This document shows positions 14,851 through 21,276 of a stretch of DNA of 41,137 nucleotides, piece after piece. Below the pieces are notes generated by a model. The model was not told where the DNA came from, ran no database searches, and was given only the letters and a program-made list of their open reading frames with translations. The translations under genes and the position numbers were made by a program. Every line of letters begins with the position of its first letter. Within the stretch, counting starts at the first letter, position 1. The stretch lies in assembly GCA_026397405.1 (NCBI GenBank), contig JAPLUW010000001.1:1-41137 (forward strand), given 5' to 3'. Source of the DNA: Candidatus Adlerbacteria bacterium. Lineage in GTDB: Bacteria > Patescibacteriota > Minisyncoccia > Phycocordibacterales > SBAW01.

Positions 14851-15003
14851 CTACTTTGCTTTGCCCAAGATTTTAAACATCTTTGTACCGCACGTGGTGC
14901 AGGTGCCGGACATTGCGCGGCGGCCTCCTTTCATCTCAACTTCCTTCGGCTCTTTCATTTCGCGCTTTTCGCGGCACTTTACGCAGTATGCAATTTCTTC
15001 CAT
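14851..15003 (-). CDS. DUF5679-like small zinc-ribbon protein (50 aa)
   Basis: Translated by hand as MEEIAYCVKCREKREMKEPKEVEMKGGRRAMSGTCTTCGTKMFKILGKAK, giving CxxC...CxxC. It is absent from the ORF track because it is under 60 aa. Confidence 0.7.
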   Translation of the reverse strand: MEEIAYCVKCREKREMKEPKEVEMKGGRRAMSGTCTTCGTKMFKILGKAK

Positions 15004-15064
15004 AAATATTGTAAAAAAACGTTACTAATTAAAACGACCCGACGGGCAGTGCTTTTATTCTACA

Positions 15065-15532
15065 CTATCCGCGATACCACCTGGCAGCACGTATAGACCT
15101 GTACACAATAAATACCACAAAAAATGCAATGACACCAGCACCTATAATGTCTATATAGTGATGCACGCCGGCTAACACGCGGGCTACGCCCACCACTACT
15201 GCCATAACAAAAAGTAGTATTCCGACAGGACGGTTAAACATCAATACAATAGTTGCCAAGGTCGCCCCAAACAACATATGACTCGATGGAAAGCCGTTGC
15301 TAGCTACGTGGGTAAAGAGTGGCACCACGCCATCTGCAATAAACGGTCGTGGGTTAACGTAAAAAATCCCTGCAATTTTTGCTACGATATAGGCCGCCGG
15401 CAATGCAATAAGCGACAACAGGAGCATTTTTCGCTTCGTGCGTTTGCGTGCATAAAAGAGATAGCCTAGGGACACTGCCACCGCGACCCATATAAGATAT
15501 TGCGCACAGAAAATAATAAGAGCCGTTGACAT
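15065..15532 (-). CDS. PAP2-family phosphatase (undecaprenyl-diphosphatase-like)
   Basis: 155 aa with the three PAP2 motifs NPRP, PSSH and ARVLAGVHHYIDI. On the minus strand, TAAAAT plus 6 nt precedes the ATG. Confidence 0.8.
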   Translation of the reverse strand: MSTALIIFCAQYLIWVAVAVSLGYLFYARKRTKRKMLLLSLIALPAAYIVAKIAGIFYVNPRPFIADGVVPLFTHVASNGFPSSHMLFGATLATIVLMFNRPVGILLFVMAVVVGVARVLAGVHHYIDIIGAGVIAFFVVFIVYRSIRAARWYRG

Positions 15533-15568
15533 CTAGCCATTTTAGCACAAAAAGCAGGTTCTGGGGTA

Positions 15569-15574
15569 TATACT
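15569..15574 (+). promoter_or_regulatory. TATACT -10-like box 9 nt upstream of ATG 15584
   Basis: Exact TATACT, then taggtcatc, then ATG. Confidence 0.4.
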
Positions 15575-15583
15575 TAGGTCATC

Positions 15584-16153
15584 ATGTCCCTCGACCAGGT
15601 GCTTTTGTTGTTACAACACTACGGCTACTATATTCTCTTCCCGCTCGCCATTGTTGAGGGCCCTATTATTACCGTCATTGCAGGTCTGTTAGCAACAACG
15701 GGGATTTTTAACCCCATCATTGCCTACTGTGTTGTTGTTGTGGGCGACCTAGTCGGCGACAGCGCGTGGTACGCAGTTGGCAGGTATGGCGGCGGCCCTA
15801 TTACCCGCTTTTTAGAGCGCGTGTTTGGCGTTAAACAAGAAACAATAGAAAAAGCAAAACACAAAATAGAAAAAAATCGTTTCAAGACGACCGCCGTATT
15901 TAAAGTATCGCAAGGAATAGGTTTTGCAGGACTTATCGCGGCCGGTATCGTACGCGTGTCGTACCCTTTGTTTATATTTGCTTGTTTGTTAGTAACACTG
16001 GTGCAGGCCGCTGTGTATTTAGCGTTGGGCATACTCTTTGGCAGCGCATATGAACGAGTGGGTATATATTTTGACTATGTTGCCTTCGCTACCGTTGCCG
16101 TGTCTGTATGTGCACTGCTAGTATGGTATTTCAGGAAGAGACGCCAAGCCTAA
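15584..16153 (+). CDS. DedA/VTT-domain membrane protein
   Basis: 189 aa with the DedA N-terminal signature YGYYILFPLAIVEGPIITVIAG. Confidence 0.85.
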   Translation: MSLDQVLLLLQHYGYYILFPLAIVEGPIITVIAGLLATTGIFNPIIAYCVVVVGDLVGDSAWYAVGRYGGGPITRFLERVFGVKQETIEKAKHKIEKNRFKTTAVFKVSQGIGFAGLIAAGIVRVSYPLFIFACLLVTLVQAAVYLALGILFGSAYERVGIYFDYVAFATVAVSVCALLVWYFRKRRQA

Positions 16154-16157
16154 AAAC

Positions 16158-17369
16158 ATGAAAGTACTTATCGCATCAGACACCTACTACCCGCACGTAA
16201 ACGGGGCCTCGTATTTTACCCAACGTCTTGCTGCATCTCTTGTTGCGCGCGGGCACGAGGTTGCCGTTCTCTCCCCATCTCAAACTACTGGTAATGAAAC
16301 GCACGTGCGCCATGGTGTAACGCTCTATGGTGTTCGTTCATTCCCGATCGTGTTCGTGCCCAAATTCCGTTTCGTGCTGCCGTGGATAATAAACCGCCGC
16401 ATTGCAAAGGTTATACAAGAATTCAAACCAGACATCGTACATATACAGATGCACTTTTTTGTAAGCCGGCAGACACTCAAAGCCGCACAGAGACAGCATG
16501 TCCCCGTTGTAGCCACTAACCACTTTATGCCCGAAAACTTGAGCCATTACCTGCCCGTGCCTCAGTTTGTACGAGACACTATTAATGCCCTGGCGTGGAA
16601 GGACGCCGTGCGCGTACTCAACAAAACATACGGTGTTTCCTCCCCCACCAAAACTGCAAATACGTTTATCGAACCGTGGATAGGACGGACACTGCCGGCA
16701 ATTTCAAACGGTATAGATCTTGCACTGTTTAACCCCAACAACGACCCTGCACCTGCGAGAGAGCGATATAATTTGCCAAACAAACCGACACTCCTGTTTG
16801 TGGGGCGTTTGGACAAAGAAAAAAACGTCGACATAGTATTGCGCGCGGTGGCAATTGCCCTCGGTCGTAGCCCTACGGGTGAGACACGAAAAGAGGTTGA
16901 TATACATTTTATTGTTGCAGGTCACGGTGCCGAAGATACTAATCTCAAAAAACTAGCGCAGAAATTGGGAGTGGCCGAACATGTCACCTTTACCGGCTTT
17001 GTTCCCGATGAGCTACTTCCTAGCCTCTACGCCGCAGCAGACTGCTTTGTGAACGCAGGCACCGCAGAACTACAATGTATTGTTGCTATGGAAGCCATGG
17101 CAACAGGCCTGCCTATACTTGGCGCAGATGCCGTTGCCCTACCCGAGCTTATACACCATGGCAAAAACGGCTTTTTATTTGAGCCGGGCAATGCCGAAGA
17201 ACTCGCCAGCCGCATTGTGGACATGTTCAGCGACGGTGCAAAACGTGCAAATATGGCGGAGCACAGCCTCGAAATTATCTCCCACCATGATATAAACAAA
17301 ACACTCGAAGCGTTTGAAGAGTTTTACCGGGAAGCCCTTTTCGCGCACAAAAACAACACCTATGCATAA
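16158..17369 (+). CDS. Glycosyltransferase family 4 (GT-B, GT1 clan)
   Basis: 403 aa. It begins MKVLIASDTYYPHVNGAS and has the C-terminal nucleotide-sugar block E...AMEAMATGLPILG...PELI..GKNGFLFEPGN. Confidence 0.9.
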   Translation: MKVLIASDTYYPHVNGASYFTQRLAASLVARGHEVAVLSPSQTTGNETHVRHGVTLYGVRSFPIVFVPKFRFVLPWIINRRIAKVIQEFKPDIVHIQMHFFVSRQTLKAAQRQHVPVVATNHFMPENLSHYLPVPQFVRDTINALAWKDAVRVLNKTYGVSSPTKTANTFIEPWIGRTLPAISNGIDLALFNPNNDPAPARERYNLPNKPTLLFVGRLDKEKNVDIVLRAVAIALGRSPTGETRKEVDIHFIVAGHGAEDTNLKKLAQKLGVAEHVTFTGFVPDELLPSLYAAADCFVNAGTAELQCIVAMEAMATGLPILGADAVALPELIHHGKNGFLFEPGNAEELASRIVDMFSDGAKRANMAEHSLEIISHHDINKTLEAFEEFYREALFAHKNNTYA

Positions 17370-17954
17370 ACTAATTGCTTCACGCTACCGTTCCCAGCTC
17401 AGAAACACCGCGTTCCGTTTTTCTGTAGTGACGTCTTTTGTAGTCTTTGCTATGAGTTTGGTGGTAAATAACCTCGCCATACAATTTAGTTCAGAAAAGG
17501 TTAGTAATTCTGTTACCGACCTTATACTTTCAAATACGCAGGCACTCCCAGTAGACAACTTGTTCGTCTGGGGGACATTTGCACTGATTTTTGTCAGCAT
17601 AGTGCTGTGCCTTGCAGACCCTAAACGTATACCGTTTGCGCTCTATACCACTGCACTGTTTTTTATTATCCGTTCGGTATTTACCTCGCTTACCCATCTC
17701 GCACCGTTTGCCCCACATTTGGCAGACGATTTTGGTACAACCGTAAACCAGGCTTTTTTTGGAGGAGATCTCTTTTTTTCTGGCCATACAGGATTCCCGT
17801 TTTTAGGAGCACCTTTTTTGCAACCATTGTACTGCTTGGGCACATACACTACTCTATAGACGTCGCGTCAGCATTTTTTATCACCTATGGTATTTACCAC
17901 ATAGCACTGTGGCTGTTCCCCGGGGCCCGCGCACTGTTTGTTACTAACAAATAA
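17362..17954 (+). pseudogene. PAP2_C / sphingomyelin-synthase-like membrane protein split by a 1-nt frameshift in a T6 run
   Basis: The frame from ATG 17362 (overlapping the GT4 stop as ATGCATAA) reads ...GGDLFFSGHTGFPFLGAPF and then stops at 17857-17859. The conserved continuation FATIVLLGHIHYSIDVASAFFITYGIYHIALW...* is in the -1 frame and runs to 17954. The switch point is the T6 run at 17814-17819. T7 would restore GAPFFATIVLLGHIHYSIDV. Confidence 0.65.
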
Positions 17955-17973
17955 CCACACCTAACCTATCTCT

Positions 17974-18453
17974 ATGCATACTAAAAAACTTATTTTGGCT
18001 ATTGTTCTCTTTTTTGTCATTATCATCGGACTTGCAGTACTTGCATTTGTCCCTTCGCACAATGCACACGCCCCAACGGGGAATACCCAAGCCACAACTA
18101 CCCCTACTACCGCAACAGAACCTGCGCACCTCGCCGACCTTATTGTAGTAACGTCGCCACTTCCCCACGCAACAGTTACATCGCCACTTGTGGTAACGGG
18201 CCAAGCTCGCGGCAATTGGTATTTTGAAGCCAGCGCGCCGGTTGAACTGCGTAACGCCGCGGGTGCCGTTATTGCACAGGGCCATGTAGAAGCACAGGGC
18301 GACTGGATGACCACCGAATATGTGCCCTTCACTGCAATACTTACGTTTCCTGCCCAAGCACCAGGGTCTGTCGGCATGTTAGTACTCAAAAACGACAACC
18401 CATCGGGCGACCCAGCACGCGAAAAAGAATTGGATATTCCGGTCCATTTTTAA
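17974..18453 (+). CDS. Secreted/anchored Gmad2 immunoglobulin-like domain protein
   Basis: 159 aa with an N-terminal TM/signal anchor, a Thr/Pro linker, then VTSPLPHATVTSPLVVTGQARGNWYFEASAPVELRNAAGAVIAQG...VPFTAILTF. Confidence 0.65.
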   Translation: MHTKKLILAIVLFFVIIIGLAVLAFVPSHNAHAPTGNTQATTTPTTATEPAHLADLIVVTSPLPHATVTSPLVVTGQARGNWYFEASAPVELRNAAGAVIAQGHVEAQGDWMTTEYVPFTAILTFPAQAPGSVGMLVLKNDNPSGDPAREKELDIPVHF

Positions 18454-19474
18454 TTCTTTTGCTCAGTTTATAGGCATTCCCATGCTTCAACATCCCCAGG
18501 TACGACTGCACCGTCGGGCTATCCTCTTCTAAGCCATACGTCCGTTTCAACATCCGCCGTTTTGTAGTAGTACGTAAAACTCTGTAATCTGGGAAATGCA
18601 CCCAGCCCAAAAAATCGACACCAGATGCAACAGTTTCTATAGAAACTTTATTTGGATGCAGTTGGAGGCGTAATTTGTTCCATAAAAAATCTTTAACTTT
18701 CAATAATATAGTTTCGAGATATTTTTTGTCGCGAGAAAGAAATACAAAATCATCCGCGTAGCGGATATAATATTTCACCTTAAGTTTATGCTTTATAAAC
18801 TGGTCGAACTCGTTCATGTAAATGTTTACCAACAGCTGGGAAGTTAGGTTGCCAAGCGGGAGTCCGACTTCAAGGTTCGACCTTGAAGTAAAGCTGGAAA
18901 TAACCGTTTTTAAGAGCCTAAGAATGTCTTGGTCGGAAATATATTTCTCGAGTATTGAAAATAGAATGGTGTGGTCAATGTTTGCGAAGAACTTTTTGAT
19001 GTCGCACTTCAACACCCATACCGTTTTGCTGTGATTGCGTGAACCTTTTCTCGCATATGCGAAAAAATGACACATTGCGCGATGAGTACCCCTTCTTACC
19101 CGAGAAGAATGCGAATCATAAATAAATTTTTTGTCGAAGAATGGATACAAAATTCTATGTATCGCATGATGCAGGAGTCTGTCACGTACAGATGCCTTGT
19201 GGATATCGCGGGGTTTTGGATCACTGATACGGAAATGATAATACGCGCCATGACGGTACGTTTTATTTTTCAAATCCCGGTGGAGTGCCATGACTTGATA
19301 TATCAAGCCATGCTGAAATTCCAGCACATCTTCTTTGTTGCGTTTGCCGTTTAAAAATTCTTTCCATGCAAGAAGCAAATTTTCGACGGAAATGATATCT
19401 TCATAGGTATGAGTAAAAACCGCTTTGAAACGAACCCCCCCCCAACAGATCTTGCCTATCTTGGAGTATATCAA
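18386..19474 (-). CDS. DGR-type reverse transcriptase
   Basis: 362 aa. It has the RT motifs KCDIKKFFANIDH, GLPLGNLTSQLLVNIYMNEFD (the DGR-typical [LI]GxxxSQ) and YIRYADDFVFL (YxDD). It lies adjacent to the TR/VR pair. Confidence 0.92.
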   Translation of the reverse strand: MIYSKIGKICWGGVRFKAVFTHTYEDIISVENLLLAWKEFLNGKRNKEDVLEFQHGLIYQVMALHRDLKNKTYRHGAYYHFRISDPKPRDIHKASVRDRLLHHAIHRILYPFFDKKFIYDSHSSRVRRGTHRAMCHFFAYARKGSRNHSKTVWVLKCDIKKFFANIDHTILFSILEKYISDQDILRLLKTVISSFTSRSNLEVGLPLGNLTSQLLVNIYMNEFDQFIKHKLKVKYYIRYADDFVFLSRDKKYLETILLKVKDFLWNKLRLQLHPNKVSIETVASGVDFLGWVHFPDYRVLRTTTKRRMLKRTYGLEEDSPTVQSYLGMLKHGNAYKLSKRIKNGPEYPILFRVLGRPMGCRF

Positions 19475-19832
19475 ACAGTCCTATCTGCTCTGGCATGAAT
19501 ATTATTCTACACTCCCAAAAGTCCATCGTTATACCGTCGGGGAGAAAATAGACACCCTTTTTATTGAAATAATAGAAGCCACATCAAGTGCGGCATTTCT
19601 CCCGCGTGGTGAAAAAACACCGTGGGTGCGCCTTGCCATACGCAAACTCGATACATTGAAGCTCCTATTAATGATACTTTGGGAAAGCAGTTCTCTTTCG
19701 GATAAAAAATACATCGCTCTTTCTGTAAAAATAGATGCGGTGGGAAAAATGTTCGGCGGATGGAACAGCCAAATCCTTCGACAAGCTCAAGACAAGCAAA
19801 ACTCCTCCGAGAAAAAGTCGGAGGAGAAATGA
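19425..19832 (+). CDS. avd: Avd-like four-helix-bundle protein (accessory variability determinant / 23S-IVS protein family)
   Basis: ILPILEYIKQSYLLWHEYYSTLPKVHRYTVGEKIDTLFIEIIE...KLDTLKLLLMILWE...KKYIALSVKIDAVGKMFGGW matches the four-helix-bundle family pattern. The start is TTG 19425, with alternatives TTG 19452 or 19461. Confidence 0.8.
   Translation: MKRTPPQQILPILEYIKQSYLLWHEYYSTLPKVHRYTVGEKIDTLFIEIIEATSSAAFLPRGEKTPWVRLAIRKLDTLKLLLMILWESSSLSDKKYIALSVKIDAVGKMFGGWNSQILRQAQDKQNSSEKKSEEK
19435..19443. repeat. C9 (plus) / G9 (minus) homopolymer inside the overlapping 5' ends of RT and avd
   Basis: Read directly as cgaaCCCCCCCCCaacag. It spans RT codons 11-14 (TGT TGG GGG GGG GTT) and avd codons 4-7 if avd starts at TTG 19425. 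Confidence 0.9.
19802..19826 (-). other. Perfect 9-bp stem-loop immediately 3' of TR on the minus strand
   Basis: On the minus strand, CTCCTCCGA-ctttttc-TCGGAGGAG is followed by TTTTGCTTG. It lies inside the last codons of avd on the plus strand. Confidence 0.5.
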
Positions 19833-19838
19833 AGAGAG

Positions 19839-19966
19839 TTGCGGGAACGAGGAACGCCGAGGCGCCATTGTCATTCCACTTGTTGCCGGGCTTGTCCCAA
19901 TACGTGTTGACCCAACTCCCGTCATCGTTACGGTTCGAGTTGAGGACGTTCGGGTTGCCGTCGGAA
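19839..19966 (-). repeat. DGR template repeat (TR)
   Basis: Gap-free 128-nt alignment with 20293..20420. All 17 differences fall at plus-strand T in this copy, which is A on the minus strand. Confidence 0.9.
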
Positions 19967-20200
19967 ACGTGCGCGACATCATCTCTATCACCATCCATCG
20001 AGTACTCTCTGGATTGAATCGCATTCGGCATCACAATGCCCCAAAGCCGCGCACCAAGTATCTTCAATTTTTGAAGTGTCTACATATGTCACACTATTCC
20101 AAACGCAGTTCGTCAGGAACACTCTGGACACATGGATACTGGCCTCGGCAGCGGGCAATCCAGTGTCGCCCGCGTATTCGCCTACTGCCACTTTCATTGT

Positions 20201-20239
20201 AACAAAGAAAAATCCGCCGCCCCAAAGCCGGGGCGGCGG
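20201..20239 (-). terminator. GC-rich hairpin plus U tract 45 nt downstream of the target-gene stop
   Basis: On the minus strand, CCGCCGCCCC-ggcttt-GGGGCGGCGG (10 bp, all GC) is followed by ATTTTTCTTTGTT. Confidence 0.6.
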
Positions 20240-20284
20240 AAACAAAGGTCATAGCGTCTAAGTACAAGAGCTGGAGGCCGACGC

Positions 20285-20986
20285 CTAAGCGCTTGCGGGA
20301 ACGAGGAACGCCGAGGCGCCATTGCCACCCCACTTGCAGCCGGGCTTGACCCAAGACGAGTCGACCCAACTCCCGTCAACGCCACGGTCCGAGATGAGGA
20401 CGCGCGGGTTGCCGCCGGAATCCTGGATGGTGTCGTAGAGCGCTACGATATACCAGAAGCCCATCTTCTCCATCTGCTTATCGGAGACCGACTCGCGGAT
20501 GCGTGGGATGACGCCCGCCAGCGGCTTGCCGTAGCCGTACTTCTCCGTGCCGAGCTTCTGCAAGGCCTCCGTGGTACGGTCGGCGTCGCGCTTTATTTCC
20601 TTGTGGGGAACCAGCGCGATTTTGTACTTCTGCCCGGCGACAAGGCGATGCTTGGCGTCATAGCTGTCGGGCTTCGTACTGGTGAGGCAGGACTTGGCGT
20701 AGTCACCGACGCGATACTTCGCGCCGAGGAGCCGTTCCACTTCTTGCCCACCCGTGAGGTCGAGCCCTTTGATGGTGAGCACGATGTGACCGTGCTCGTT
20801 GCGTTCGAAGACGGGCGGCGGAAGCGTCGGGCAACCAGCCTGCAGGAAGGCGGCGAGATTGTCGCGTGCCTTCTTGTCGTTGACCGGCAGCATGAGCTGT
20901 TCGGCATTGATGCCGACCTTATTCATGACACGGAAAAATTTAGCGGCCGCGTCGAGATTGTCACTGAGGGTTGCGATGTCGAGCAT
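20285..20986 (-). CDS. DGR target (variable) protein with an unrecognised N-terminal domain and a C-terminal variable region
   Basis: 233 aa. GGAGG lies 6 nt upstream of the ATG. The C-terminus ...DSGGNPRVLISDRGVDGSWVDSSWVKPGCKWGGNGASAFLVPASA is encoded by the VR. No N-terminal hydrophobic signal is visible. Confidence 0.85.
   Translation of the reverse strand: MLDIATLSDNLDAAAKFFRVMNKVGINAEQLMLPVNDKKARDNLAAFLQAGCPTLPPPVFERNEHGHIVLTIKGLDLTGGQEVERLLGAKYRVGDYAKSCLTSTKPDSYDAKHRLVAGQKYKIALVPHKEIKRDADRTTEALQKLGTEKYGYGKPLAGVIPRIRESVSDKQMEKMGFWYIVALYDTIQDSGGNPRVLISDRGVDGSWVDSSWVKPGCKWGGNGASAFLVPASA
20293..20420 (-). repeat. DGR variable repeat (VR)
   Basis: It occupies the last ~42 codons of the target ORF and ends 2 codons before the stop. 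See TR. Confidence 0.9.
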
Positions 20987-21276
20987 CGGATGCCTCCAAT
21001 TATTGTTGAAATGAGCTGTCCTGAGGCCATATATACGGTCCCATCAGCCATCATAAATTATACATGTAATTGGAGTTTCGTCAAGTTTTGTCGTCGCCAT
21101 ACCTTAAAACTATTTTTAATTTTCCAGTGGGACAAAACTTTCATTTTTAGGCAAAAATGAGGGGTAAAAAATGACTAATCTACAGCTTTTTTAGAGAAGT
21201 TGCGATTTGTGTGTTGCTTTTTATCAAAAAAGTTCTCGGATTTGCTATTCACAGCATAATTTAATGAAAAAAGGAG

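Larger units (their letters stand above)
18386..20986 (-). mobile_element. Diversity-generating retroelement cassette (RT, avd, TR, spacer, VR/target)
   Basis: Inferred from the component features below. Confidence 0.9.

Noticed and set aside
18386-19474. RT as a group II intron, retron or Abi-type reverse transcriptase
   Set aside because: There is no maturase/endonuclease extension and no intron-like RNA domains flanking it. The motif is LGNLTSQ rather than the group II type. A TR/VR pair with adenine-only mismatches lies next to it.
19561-20067. 168-aa minus-strand ORF spanning the TR and running antisense into avd
   Set aside because: Its only protein-like part is the TR copy of the target C-terminus. 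The rest is antisense to the well-supported avd gene and is low-complexity. I interpret it as the non-coding TR and spacer, not a gene.
19988-20245. 85-aa minus-strand ORF (and the 61-aa plus-strand ORF 20076-20261) in the VR-TR spacer as a possible extra DGR accessory gene
   Set aside because: It has no SD or -10 signal and no recognisable motif. The ORF begins inside the terminator hairpin, and the composition is not coding-like. I keep it as spacer. It can only be settled by conservation analysis.
20603-21160. 185-aa plus-strand ORF opposite the DGR target gene
   Set aside because: It is antisense to the ORF that carries the VR in frame and has a GGAGG site. It has no signals of its own.
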